The notes under the pieces: generated by a model
The model's database searches: none
The model's input: the letters and a program-made list of their open reading frames with translations, nothing else
What the model was told of the DNA's origin: nothing
Program-made: the position numbers and the translations under genes
Assembly: GCA_951406725.2 (NCBI GenBank)
Contig: OX597822.1
Span: 56,544,001-56,608,000, forward strand
DNA length: 64,000 nucleotides
Origin: Octopus vulgaris
Taxonomy: Eukaryota
Reading direction: 5' to 3'
Shown: positions 39,038 through 52,064 of the stretch, piece by piece
Layout of the letters: each line of letters opens with the position of its first letter
Position numbering within the stretch: the stretch's first letter is position 1

Positions 39038-40527
39038 ATGGAAGGATTGAAATATATTTTCATAATTTCTCTGTTAAAAACTTACGTCTATGCGCTAGAT
39101 CCGATAATTGATACTACCACTGGAAAGATTAAAGGGTCAACAATTTCAGCTCTGAAAGTTGATCTTGATGTATTTCTTGGAATACCATTTGCTAAACCTC
39201 CCGTTGGTAATCTAAGATTTAGAAGACCTGAAAAAATTGAACGGTGGAGTGGTATAAAAGAAACGAAGGAACATGTTGCGGCTTGTGTACAACCTGTAAG
39301 TAAAAAATATGATGATCTTAAGGGTTCAGAGATATGGAAAATAAAAACTAATATAAGCGAAGATTGTCTTTATTTGAATATTTGGGTGCCTTCAGAAGCA
39401 CGAACACTCCGTTCAAATTTAACCACAATGATTTGGATACATGGAGGTGCATTTGTTTCAGGGACGACCACAGTGGAATTATATAATGGAAAATGGTTAG
39501 CTGCCAGTCAAAATATTATCGTTGCATCAATGAATTACAGAGTAGGGCCATTTGGTTTCCTTTCTTTAAATGATGAGCGTGCTCCAGGCAATATGGGACT
39601 GCTTGATCAAAACCTCGCTATACAGTGGATCCGCGATAATATTGCATCATTCGGAGGAGACCCTGATAAACTGACACTATTTGGACAAAGTGCTGGTGCA
39701 GCATCTGTTGGTTTTCATGTTGTTTCCCCACTTTCTCGGAAGCTTTTCAGGAATGCTATTATGATGAGTGGGTCACCTACCTCTACCTGGGCATTTAGAC
39801 CATTAGACAGAAATATTGATAGAGCAAAGGCAATGGCTTTTGCTATTAAATGTCCTATGAATAACACTAAAGCGATGATAGATTGCTTTTTAGAAGCTGA
39901 TGCTAACACTCTAGCTCTAGCACAATTTTACAATGTAGATGACTTCATAAAAGTTACCTTCACCCCTGTTGTCGACAATTATTTCTTACCAGGAAAACCA
40001 AGCGAAATACTGAATGATAAAACTGTGAAAAAAGATGTGCTAACAGGGTTTGTCGAAAACGAAGGAAGTCTCTTTCTTCTGTCGGCATTCCCCAAACAAT
40101 TCCCCATAAATAAGATTGTCCCGATGAGAACAGATACTGCACATACACTAATGAATGATATTACTCGGCCAACATATCTAAATCCTCAGCAAATGAATGT
40201 TATCACATATCTTTATGGTTCTCGTGTCTTCTCCTTTCCTGAGACTGAAAAATACAGATACATAATAGAACAGGTAGCTGGCGATACATCATTTAAATGT
40301 CCTGCTATCAAATTGGCCGAGCAATTCAGCACCCATTCCAATGTCTACATGTATTCTTTCGAGTTTCGATCGCGATTAACTCCCTGGCCGAAATGGTTGG
40401 GTGTCATGCATGGTTATGATATTTTTTTTGCGTTTGGGCACCCGTTATCCGGAAAAAATTTTTCAGAGAAGGATAAATTAGTAACAGAAAAACTGACCAG
40501 TTCCTTTGTTAACTTTTCTAAATCAGG
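39038..40527 (+). CDS. Cholinesterase-like (AChE/BChE family) gene, first coding exon
   Basis: Signal peptide, FLGIPFAKPP, SEDCLYLNIW, HGGAF, FGQSAG (catalytic Ser), NEGS (Glu), GVMHGYD (His). 5'UTR acceptor ttctttcag at 39006-07 and donor GG|gtgagt at 40528. Confidence 0.95.
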
Positions 40528-40535
40528 GTGAGTCT

Positions 40536-40578
<43 letters not shown>

Positions 40579-42028
40579 TTTTCTATACTATTTGCTTGTG
40601 TGTGTATCTTCTTTTTATCTGATTCTGTCATTAGACTGAGGTCATGCTGGGCCAACGCCTTGACAAACTTTACTCGAGCAAATCGACTTCGGCAAAACAA
40701 TGAAATGCAGTAAGGTGAGTCTTACAAACGGAGACAAATACCCGCTCAGTTGCCAGGAATTTCTATATGTGACACAGTATCAGCACGTAACTGTACACAA
40801 ATGGTAACGACATATTGAGCCCACCTTCCTGATGATATTGACAGCAGATGTGTGAACTGAACAGCAAAAAGGTAGCCACTTCACTTTGGTAGGACGAGGA
40901 TTATGATAAAACAATAGGCAGGCGGTAAACAATGACGGAGGTGACAAAGACATTCATCAATTCTGCTCGACCTTTCTGAGAAAACTCCCCCTCGGTCCAT
41001 TTCAGAGGGAGGCTTGCTACTCTGTTCGAAATTTAATTATTATTATGTCTGCGTAACTAGTGTTTCGGCAAAAAGAGACAGACAGAATAAGCACCAAGCT
41101 TAAAGAAAAAAATAATAAGTATGGGGGTCGATTTGTGCGACTGAAATTCTTCAAAGTACTGTTCCATCCCGGCTGCAGTCTGATCACAGAAGCAAACAAA
41201 CAAATAAATAAATAAATAAAACGGAATAAGTTCAATTTTTCTTCTTGAGTTTTCCAAAAAGAATGTTTGAGGAGTGTAATTTAAGATGTTCTTTGTCGTA
41301 TAGAATCTATATGCTTGCGTATGCAGTTAGGTGTAGTGAATTTTGAAACAAAGTATATTTCAGAGATTTTGGAGGCTTGGTTAGAAAGATAAAAATGAAA
41401 CAAATATAAAATAAATAAAGAAGTATTTGGGGGGAGGCTGGTTCATGGCAGGTCAGAAGAGGTCAAACTATGTTTTTAGTTGCAATAAACTTTCTTTGAG
41501 GCATTAAACGGATGACAGACTTTTTTGGTTAACTCTTGACAATTTTTCAACTACTTTATATATTAATAAATAAAATCTATACATCACTACAAAGTGATAC
41601 ACACACATACACACACATACACACACATACACATACACACAGATACAAACACGCACATATACACATGAAGTCACATACGCATGCGCACACACACACACAC
41701 ACACACACACATGAACACATCATACTTAACGTTTTATTCTGACACAGACACAAGTCATTCATTTTAAAGGGAGGTTACTGTAGACTAAATCGATTTCAGT
41801 AATTACTGCTACACTATTTTGTTTATCCAAAAAGGATTGAAGTTGATCTCGGTGGGAATTTGAACACAGATATAAGGAGCAGTAAAGACATCTTGTCCGA
41901 TGTTCTAACGAATCTATCAATTCATCTCCAGTCACTTGCATAAAATATTTCCTATCATGTTTCCTACCATAAGCACAAAGCCTCACTTACCTAAAGTTTT
42001 GATTTCTCTTTGTTTCATTATTTTCCAG

Positions 42029-42207
42029 TAATCCTAACAATGGAGATTGTTTTGATTGCTCCAATGATCCATGGCCCAAGTTCACACTCGAAAGCCAGAA
42101 ATATGTTGTGATTGACAAAAAATCTGAGACGAAGGAGAATTACATGAACAACATATGCGGTGTGTGGAGTGAACTTCTCCCAAAATTAGAGAGACCTTTG
42201 TGTCCAG
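42029..42207 (+). CDS. Cholinesterase-like gene, second coding exon
   Basis: ttttccag acceptor and CAG|gtaact donor. In frame: (G)NPNNGDCFDCSNDPWPKFTLESQKYVVID...NICGVWSELLPKLERPLCP. Absent from the ORF track. Confidence 0.92.
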
Positions 42208-42294
42208 GTAACTTTATATATATTTCGTTCTCTCATTTTCTCTGCTGACTGTTGTCATATATTCACCAGTACACACAATATAGACTTATACACT

Positions 42295-43380
42295 CATACA
42301 TCTGGGAAACACTTTCCTTTCAAAAACAACTTCATGGCTGGGATGAGGTGAAAATCAGAGGGTGCAAGGTCAGGAGAGTAGGGGGGATGGGGGATGAGTT
42401 CATAGCCGCACGCCTGTGCTTCTGATCTGGCGACACGCGAGTTGTAAACCGGAGCGTTGTCCTGCAGGAGGAGGATGCCTTTTCTGATCTTGCCCCGCCT
42501 CTTGATTTTGATAGCTTCTCTTAATCTCCTCAAAAGTGAAGCATAATAGGCTCCTGTAATTGTGCTACCCTTTGCCAGGAAATCTGTCATCACTACTCCG
42601 TCCTGGTCCCAGAAGACTGTGAGCATGACCTTGCCAGCGGAGGGCTGCACCCTTGCCTTCTTTGGAGGGGTGAGTCACGGTGCTTCCACTGCATTGACTG
42701 GGCTTTGGTCTCTGGATCATCGTGATGGACCCAGGTTTCATCCTGTGTAATAAGTCTTTTGAAAAATTTTTACTCATCTTCTTGGCACATCTCCAAATTC
42801 ATCCTCGAGCACTCGACGCGTTCTTGCTTCTGGAAAGGTGTGAGCAACCTGGGAATCCATCTGGCAGACACCTTTTGCATATGCAAATGGTCATGAATGA
42901 TAGTTTCCTCAGGCCCGGTACTAATCTTGACCTCATGGGCTATTTGGCGAATAGTTATGCGTCGATCTTCCAAAATGACAGCCTCAACTTGATGGACAGA
43001 TGCCTCATCAATGGCAGAAGGGGGGCGACCAGATCTAGGAGCTGTTTCCACAGAGTTCCAACCATGTTTGAATTCACGATGCCAGCGTTTTACAAGGTCA
43101 TATGATGGGGCATCATCACCATAAGTTACTTTCATTTCATCAAAAGTCTCCCGTGGTGTGCGTCCTTTCAAATACAAAAACCAGATCACTGCTCGACACT
43201 CAACAGGCTCCATTTCACACTTGACTCAGTTCAAACACCTGTATATCAGAAACCACAATTAGTTCAGAGCTGTAATTTGCCACCTAATCTTTAGAGATAT
43301 AAATAATTGCACATGTAAATTTTCAGCTAGATCAAACAACTGCAAGTGGGTCAGAGGCATTACTTATTGAACGCCCCTCG
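42295..43380 (-). mobile_element. mariner in cholinesterase intron, same family as 6062-7221, 3' end missing
   Basis: Same 37-bp TIR ending at 43380 + TA. ORFs 42770..43213 and 42294..42650 with HPPYSPDLAPSDF. Confidence 0.93.
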
Positions 43381-43690
43381 TAAATATGTATGTATGCACA
43401 TAATGTATGTGTGTGTGTATGTATGAATGTATGTACTCCTTTATTCCTTTACTTGTTTCAGTCATTTGCCTGCAGCCAGAGATCTTGTAATGTAAAATTT
43501 TACACTACAAGATTCCTTTGAATGAACAGCATATGGAATTAATATCTACACACAATCCATTTATAATAACAAAATATGAATTCGTATCAGAATTTCAATA
43601 CTATGGACAAGAAGCCTCTATACCATTCTACACAGCACCTTATTGGATAAAGGAGCTGCGACTACAACATCCAACATATATCTTCCTTTA

Positions 43691-43920
43691 GGCGGCGAGT
43701 TGGCAGAAACGTTTGCACGCCGGGCGAAATGCGTAGCCGTATTTCGTCTGTCGTTACGTTCCGAGTTCAAATTTCGCCGAGGTCAACTTTGCCTTTCATC
43801 CTCTCGGGGTCGATAAATTAAGTACCAGTTACGCACTGGGGTCGATGTAATCGACTTAATCCCTTTGTCTATCCTTGTTTGTCCTCTCTGTGTTTAGCCC
43901 CTTGTGGGTAGTAAAGAAAA
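43691..43920 (+). mobile_element. Full-length SINE with 15-bp TSD
   Basis: TSD atatatcttccttta at 43676-43690 and 43921-43935. A/B-box-like head. Confidence 0.92.
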
Positions 43921-43985
43921 ATATATCTTCCTTTATACTCCTATATTTCCCCCTTTCCAAAATAACTCATATGTATCTCTCTCAT

Positions 43986-44040
43986 GTCGTCTCTGATGAT
44001 GGGATATCCTTTATTATCCCCGAAACTGCTGTAAAACTAC
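43986..44040 (+). ncRNA. Type I hammerhead ribozyme motif, stem I decayed
   Basis: GUCGUCU-CUGAUGA-U-GGGAUA(UCCUUUAU)UAUCCC-C-GAAAC-UGCU-GUA-AAACUAC. Confidence 0.6.
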
Positions 44041-44227
44041 CTTTCTCTTTATAAATGTCGTAGAAATTTCACTCTGCCTTGGCTTTGTTATCTCATTTTA
44101 TTCAGCATTCACCCGCTCACACACGATACTATTATCATCGAACCGGGAGTATAAAAGTGGTCCTTCCGTAACACATACATAGCTTTGCCTGCCTTTTGAG
44201 TCCTCTCGATACCAGAATCTCTCTCTC

Positions 44228-44283
<56 letters not shown>

Positions 44284-44521
44284 AGAGCAAAATGATTTAG
44301 AAAATATTTGCGAAGATATAATTGACTCTATTATTATCTAGTGTAACAATTTTAAAATGATAATAACAGAATCAATAATATAGGCGATTGCAGGTCCCAA
44401 GAAAGCATTAAATAAATGAAGGGTTAAAATTAATCAAAGGGCATAACAAGTATGTCTACCTGCTGGAAATAACAGTCAAAGCTCTTATTTAAATCGCCAA
44501 AATACACTGATAATAACTACA

Positions 44522-44638
<117 letters not shown>

Positions 44639-44728
44639 GGGTGTCCTAAAAGTCACTGGTGCGTTTCAATTTTTTATAAGTTCCTTAACTTTACAAATAA
44701 ATGCATGAAATTTTGATACATAAAGTGC

Positions 44729-44827
<99 letters not shown>

Positions 44828-44962
44828 CTGTCACACACATACATATATCATTGTATGTCTGTTATAGAATATACTTACAACAAAACATACAATTAACACG
44901 TATTATGTCATTGAGATACAACTCATTAACAAAAGATTATTTTATTCCATTTTATTTTTCAG

Positions 44963-45069
44963 AACTAACAAGTGGATCCCAGAATATTTGGACTTTCCAG
45001 GGAAGAATTCTGACCTCTTTCACATCAATGTTTTTCTCTTTGATATTGTTTGGAAACTTTTTGTTTTAA
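44963..45069 (+). CDS. Cholinesterase-like gene, terminal hydrophobic (GPI-signal, H-type) exon
   Basis: tatttttcag acceptor. Phase 1 gives (E)LTSGSQNIWTFQGRILTSFTSMFFSLILFGNFLF*. The three exons total 1776 nt = 591 aa + stop. Confidence 0.85.
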
Positions 45070-45187
45070 TGCTCAGTTAATCATTTCACTCTATATTGAC
45101 ATCTATGTTTTATTTCATAAACTACATCATTTTATGTTTGGTTTATTCGCATATATATAAAATCAATTTTCTTTACACATACACACA

Positions 45188-45259
<72 letters not shown>

Positions 45260-45299
45260 CTCACTGCACTCTCTTCTCTCTTCGGCGAATGAGCATTCA

Positions 45300-46035
45300 G
45301 TAAAACACATCTGTTAAATGCTCAGAGTTCGATGCTTTGCCATGTTGTTCTATGTGGATATTCAGATATATTCGGGATTTGCAGAAACGGTTGCCGATGC
45401 TGCAGTAGCGGTATCCGTCATCTCGGGCCAAAATTAGACCCGGCTCTCTGCTGGACTGTTTTCTCCAATATAATGTTGATCCTGGCTGACTCAAAGTCGG
45501 AGATGGCTTGACAGCAACAGCCTCTCTACCGAGTACTATCCTTGTGAACAAGTTTATCTATCAGAATTTCAAGCAGGCCTTTAGAGTGTCATTATAAAGG
45601 AGCAATGGCGGAACATATATAGCGCTTTAGATATGCGAGTATCTTCCATGCATTTCACACGACCAACCCGCCACAGTTGCACTTTGATAAGGAAACTCTC
45701 TTTACCTATAGAATGTTACAGCTTTTAAGGACCTGTGTTGGGGTCTTTGTCCTATCACTTGATGTTACAAGTTGAGCGAAGCAGCGGAGTGTCTAGCCAT
45801 CTGATATGGCGTCTGTAGAGGATCCATGTTTCACAACCACATATGAGAGAGGTACTGCTGCCTGGTACACGTTGATCTTTGTGACCAGCCAGATGTACTG
45901 GTCTCTCTACCGTTTGTGCTGGGGTCTACCGAAAGCTGAGCCTGTCTTAGACAATCGTTGGCTAATCTCTTCGTCCAGTTGGGCATTGTTTGAGAGGATG
46001 CTTCTCAAGTAGCAGAATTTTGGCACATCATTTAG
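45300..46035 (-). mobile_element. Degenerate RTE LINE, C-terminal part
   Basis: Reverse translation gives YLRSIL..NAQLDEEISQRL, SAFGR, TKINVY. Confidence 0.7.
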
Positions 46036-47723
46036 AAGGTGGAAGAGGGGATAGAAAAGTCAAAGAGATAGAAAAAGTAGGTGAAGCATCAGTCAAAATG
46101 GGTGGACAAACAGAGAATAGAGAAGTTATATAAACATGTGTACCCCTGTGGTCAGCTATTATAAGGGAGGCAATCCCTTCTAGATTGATTTAAGTTGCGG
46201 TGGATTTGAAAGTTTGAAATTTACATTAAAGAGTAAAGAAGTGGGGTGTACAGTGCATATACATTAAGATATTATATATCAGGATAGACGAATAGGAAAG
46301 AAGTGAAAAGGATGGAAATATATAAGATCATATAATATTAATTAACTTTTAAAAAATATATAAAAATAATAAAGATGGCGATGATGATCTTTTCTACGAT
46401 AAGCACAAGGACTGAAATCTTAGACGAAATCTTAGGCTAATCGAATACACCGATTCCACAGCTCAAAGAGTACTAGTTTATCGACCTCGAAAGGATGAAA
46501 AGCAATGGCGACTTCGGCGGCATTTGTATTCAGAACGTAATGTCGGAAGAAATGCCGCTGAGCAACAACATCAAAAACAATAATAATACTGATAATACTA
46601 ATAATCCTTTCTGCTATAGTTGCAAGACCTGAAATTTTGGAGGGAGGGGGCTATTTGATTGTACTGATACCAGTGCTCAATTGGTAATTGTTATTTTATC
46701 GACTCCAAAATGATGAAAGGCGAAGTCAACCATGGCGGGATTTGAACGCTGACAGTAACGAGCCGGATATATATATATATCCCATTAATAATGCGATTTT
46801 GTCAATTGCATGAACTAAAAGTCGGAGATGGACGAGATAAATTACCTGCATCAACTTGCTATAAAGTAGGTAGTAATTTTACCTTTTTAATATTCTTAGG
46901 GCAAGTTTTAAAGAGTGCAGTTCGATTTTAACAGTCATTTTTTCAAAACTATAATGGAAGTGACAAAAGAGCAAGACACTTTATTTTCAGATTGCTCCAG
47001 TTCACTCAGCTGTAGAAATGAGTTTTGACGTTACAGGTGCCAAGTTGAATCGGCTTTTGTCTTTCTCTTGGATAAGATCAATAGCGTAGAGTGGGGAAGC
47101 TTGTTTGCGTGGGCGACTGCTGGTTTTCCATAAACAACCTTGCCCGGACTTGTACATCCGAAGGTAACTTTCTAGGTGCAATCCAATGGTCATTCATGAC
47201 CCAAGGGGGTCTTTATCCTTTTAAGCTGGGCTGTCTCTATATATAATTCAAAGTCTATAGACGTGACTTCTTTATGTGTAAAATGTGTAATCCTTTATGA
47301 TTACATACTAAATGTCTAAAATATGTTGGACTTGAGATAATATTAACATGTCTATTGTAGTGAACGTAAGAAATGCAATTAAAAGTACATATCGGTATAA
47401 CCGCTTGTGTGGGTGTACTGTTTTCTTTTCTAGGGAGCTTTTGAATTATAAGTGCCGTTGTTAAAGAGGTTAGCAAACCTTCTTTTCGTTATACTATTCC
47501 CATGTAGGAGGAATGTATCCCGGATTTTAAAGTATTCAGATGAAAGTTTGAAGTGACTACTGAATACAAGTTAAGAACGTTTAAAGGAAATTTGATAAGT
47601 TTGAACAAAATCTTTTGCACTCTGATCGTATTCTAACATCAGTTTATTTTTTATATATTATTTACTTTAGAAGATTTATTTACTTGTAAGGTGTGCCATT
47701 GTGTGTTCGTATGTTATTTTCAG

Positions 47724-47764
47724 ATAACACTACGAGGTGGTGGAAATATATGATGGAGAGATAG
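47724..47764 (+). CDS. Candidate alternative terminal exon (short WAT/T-peptide-like)
   Basis: gttattttcag acceptor. Phase-1 reading (D)NTTRWWKYMMER*. ATTAAA at 47868-47873. Confidence 0.45.
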
Positions 47765-48508
47765 TGTACAGGAATGACCTCAATATATTTTATAAGAAAG
47801 GGAGTGTCGTATGGAAATTGTTTTTAAAATTTACTAATTTCTGTGTGGCGTATGATAATATATATTTATTAAACATGTCACGTTACTGAAAGTAAGGTTT
47901 GGGGATTCGCTTGTACCATATTTTTGCAAAACAATGCATGTGTTTGCTTTTTGTTTATCGCCCGTTAATTTCAGTTAAAAGCACCAGGATAAAAGCCGTA
48001 TTTTATTTTTAAAATACCAAAATAGGAAGAAGACATAGCCAGTGAGGAATGTAAACATTCTCAAGAGATTGTCAACATTATAGAATGTTATGTATATGTA
48101 GTGCAGTATTGCGTCGGTTTGTTTGGAATGAATTTTACATTACTCGCCTCACCTCAAAAAAAAAACAACAACAACCCCAAAATACCCCCAGAAGAATGAC
48201 CAAAGGTAGGAGTGATAGACACTTTAGAAGATGGAGTAGAGAAGTGTGATAAAAATAGTTGAGCGACGGAGAGTGAAGTGTGACAGAAATAATCAAATCG
48301 TGGTTTAACTTACTCTATATTATGTATTTACTTACTCTATATTATGTTTTTAATTCAAATATGAGCGGGTCTCAGTTTCACATTTCATCCTTTCGGGCTC
48401 AATAACATTCCATCAACTACACTCCAAAAATAAATATGGAAAGACATCACTTGATTTTTTTTTATTTGTCTGCAGGGTTCGACCAGATACATGGAGTAAA
48501 TTGGACTA

Positions 48509-48763
48509 TTAGGTTGGTGCATAATTATTGCGGGTTTTTTTTTCAACAAATTTTATTCAACAAAAAAGCCAATAACAATATTTAACAAACACATCTTTAA
48601 ATGACGGTCTGATCGCCTACCAAGCAAATGGGAAGCAGCAATTGAAGTAGATGGTCAATATGCTCCGGAATAATCATTTAAAGATGTTTTTGTTTCATAT
48701 TGTTATTGTTTTTGTTGATTAAAATTTGTTGAAAAAAGCCACAATAATTATGCACCAACCCAG
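48509..48763. mobile_element. mariner-derived MITE
   Basis: TA-ttaggttggtgcataattattg...caataattatgcaccaacccag-TA with extended internal inverted arms. Confidence 0.85.
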
Positions 48764-49605
48764 TACATTATCTAAGGCGTGTGATATGTGTGATTTGATT
48801 GAATTTTGACTTCTAGCTGGTGCCTTAAATATGCCTGAACAAATTAAGAATGAATATGCACGTCATCGTTTTATATCTTTCTGTTCACCCTGCATATGAC
48901 ACTTTTTTTTATCAGTTGACTGATATCAGTGAACAGTTTCTGCGCAGGTATAATAAGCAGGTATTATAAGCAAGTTGATTCTTATCAGGGGTTCTTTTGG
49001 CTGAGGAAACACAACAACATCGAAACAACGAATGTCTGTGAATTCCTTATACTAACGAATCGAGTGCTTTATAAATACATATTCGTCGTAAAGGTAAAGT
49101 TGTTCTTGACGAAACACAATAGTGATTAGAATATTCTCGTTCGAACATGACGGAACGTATTAAGAAGAAATTTGCAAGTCATCATATAATCTATAGTTCT
49201 ATGTTTCTGCCATTCATCACACGCTAGCATTATGCCTTAAGCCTCACATTTGGAAGGTGTGTATAGCCAATCAGAGTGATCATTATATTTCAGGGGTGCT
49301 TTATGTTTATCGACTACAGGAGGAATAATAACATTGATTTTGGCAGGATTTGAAATCAGATCATGAATAGACGTAATTAAATGCTGAAAGCCATTTTGTC
49401 AATAGCTCTACTGAATCAACTAACAACTACTCATTTAAGCATTATGGAAAGATTTCAGTGTATCACTTTTAATAGTCACATAACTAATTAGGAGGCCGTT
49501 ATTTCTTATTGTCGTTCATTAAAATATTCATATTCCTTGTAAAGGTGGGAAACTGGTAGAATCGTTAACTCGCCGAACAAATCGCATAGCGGTATTTCAT
49601 TTGTG

Positions 49606-49835
49606 GTGGCGAGCTGGCAGAATCGTTAGCACGCCGAGCGAAATGCTTAGCGGTATTTTGTCTGCCGCTACGTTCTGAGTTCAAATTCCGCCGAGGTCGA
49701 CTTTGCCTTTCATCTTTTCGGGGTCGATTAAATAAGTAACAGTTATGCACTGGGGTCGATGTAATCGACTTAATCCGTTTGTCTGTCCTTGTTTGTTCCC
49801 TCTGTGTTTAGCCCCTTGTGGATAGTAAAGAAATA
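49606..49835 (+). mobile_element. SINE nested within an older copy of the same family
   Basis: 15-bp TSD ggtatttcatttgtg at 49591-49605 and 49836-49850. Confidence 0.88.
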
Positions 49836-50342
49836 GGTATTTCATTTGTGTTTATGCTCTGAGTTCAAATTCCGCCGAGGTCAACTTTGCCTTTTATCCT
49901 TTCGAAGTCGATAAAATAAGAACCGAAAAGGCGGCGAAGTGGCAGATATGTTAACGAGCCAGGCAAAATTCTTAGCAGCATTCCATCCGACTTCACATTC
50001 TGAGTTCAAATTCCATCGAGGTCGTCTTTGTCTTTTACCCGTTCAGGGTCGATGTAACCTACTTACCTCCACCCCGAAATTGCTGGCCTTGTGCCGAAAT
50101 TTGAAACCAATAAAAGCAGAACAAGTTTAACAGTGGAGCCGATCAAATCAACGACCCTCCCCCCAAAAAATTCCAGGTTTTGTAACTACAACAGAAATTT
50201 TTTCTCACACACCCGCAAACGAATAAAATTTCTACCAGTAAACAAATAAAATTAGTTATTCATTTTACATCGAACAAATTAATAAATTTACTAAATAAAA
50301 TTAAAATTTATTATCGTTTTATATTTCCCTTATCTCATTAAA

Positions 50343-50731
50343 GTGGAGGCGCAATGGCCCAGTGGTTAGGGCAGCGGACTCGCGGTCATAGGATCGCGGT
50401 TTCGATTCCCAGACCGGGCGTTGTGAGTGTTTATTGAGCGAAAACACCTAAAAGTTCCACGAGGCTCCGGCAGGGGATGGTGGTGATCCCTGCTGTACTC
50501 TTTCACCACAACTTTCTCTCACTCTTACTTCCTGTTTCTATTGTACTTGTATTTCAAGGAGCCGGCCTTGTCACTCTCTGTGTCACGCTGAATATCCCCG
50601 AGAACTACGTTAAGGGTACACGTGTCTGTGGAGTGCTCAGCCACTTACACGTTAATTTCACGAGCAGGCTGTTCCGTTGATTTGGATCAACCGGAACCCT
50701 CGTCGTCGTAACCGACGGAGTGCTTCAATCA
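50343..50731 (+). mobile_element. Full-length tRNA-derived SINE (fourth family) with 11-bp TSD
   Basis: TSD atctcattaaa at 50332-50342 and 50732-50742. A box tggcccagtgg and B box gtttcgattcc. A partial copy lies at ~2260-2430. Confidence 0.9.
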
Positions 50732-51094
50732 ATCTCATTAAACCTGAAATTCTCTGTTTTTTCTCTCTTTCTCTCTGCCTTTCACTGAATCTGTTTTATA
50801 GTAGCTAAATTTTATTTACTTCCGAAGACTTTCTGTCTATAACCTACTTATTCAGTTCTCTGAGTCTGTAATTAACAAATTCTTCATTGTCAGTTTTTAT
50901 TTGCTTTTTTTTTGCCTTTTACTAAATGTGTGTGTATGTATGTGTGTGCGTGCGCGTTTCCATTTATGTGTGTATGTGTGCGTGTGTGTGTGTGTGTATA
51001 ACTTAAATAATGAGGGTAGAAATTAATATTCATCAATTAAAACCAGTGGCTTAGAATATTTAAAAAATCCGAAGATTTTGTAATATATATAAAT

Positions 51095-51178
<84 letters not shown>

Positions 51179-51276
51179 AAATACATGGATATATATACAC
51201 ATATATATATATACATAAAGATACATACATACACATATACATATATATATATATATATATATACATACATACATAC

Positions 51277-51340
<64 letters not shown>

Positions 51341-51505
51341 GTTTGAATAAACATAGGTAGTGTATATTTACTTAAAATAAGGATTTCTGTAGTAAGGTGA
51401 AAAACAATCAAACGCTGGCTCTGAGTTATTTATTTACAATCAATAATATACAAGCTCCCGTACACACACGCGTCCATCACGCACACACACTCGAACCCAT
51501 CACAT

Positions 51506-51540
<35 letters not shown>

Positions 51541-51903
51541 CACACACGCTCACGCACACAGTATATAGAAGTATATTAAGCCTGCACATCAAACTAAACT
51601 TGGGTGTGTTGTTTTGATAACCCAGAATGGACCATCAAAGTTCATACTGACATATGTTTCAGGAGTGAAATAACCATCACATTAGAGGTACATATAATTA
51701 CACCCTCCAAGACTCGCTCACGCTCACACACATATACACAGACGTGCATCCACGCACTCACACACCAACACATTTACAGACCGCAGGTATAATTAGTCAC
51801 AGAGGGCACTGCGTGGATTACTCATTACCTTGGTATTTCTAAATGTATAAATTTTCTAATTTTACTGCTTTCACCGAATTTGTCAATGATTAATTAATTC
51901 TAG

Positions 51904-51956
<53 letters not shown>

Positions 51957-51997
51957 TATCTATGTGCATATGTATGTATGTATGTGCGTACATATGC

Positions 51998-52055
<58 letters not shown>

Positions 52056-52064
52056 GTATATATA

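Larger units (their letters stand above)
43480..44170 (+). mobile_element. Probable Penelope-like element 3' remnant, interrupted by a SINE
   Basis: YWIKELRLQHP resembles the PLE GIY-YIG C-terminal W-I-K-x-L motif and is followed by a hammerhead motif. Confidence 0.45.

Noticed and set aside
40528-40531. Apparent premature stop truncating the cholinesterase at 497 aa
   Set aside because: The TGA is part of the gtgagt splice donor, and the frame continues in exon 42029-42207. Not a pseudogene.
50343-50420. tRNA-like sequences here and at other SINE heads
   Set aside because: They have A/B boxes but continue into SINE bodies with TSDs and show no complete cloverleaf.
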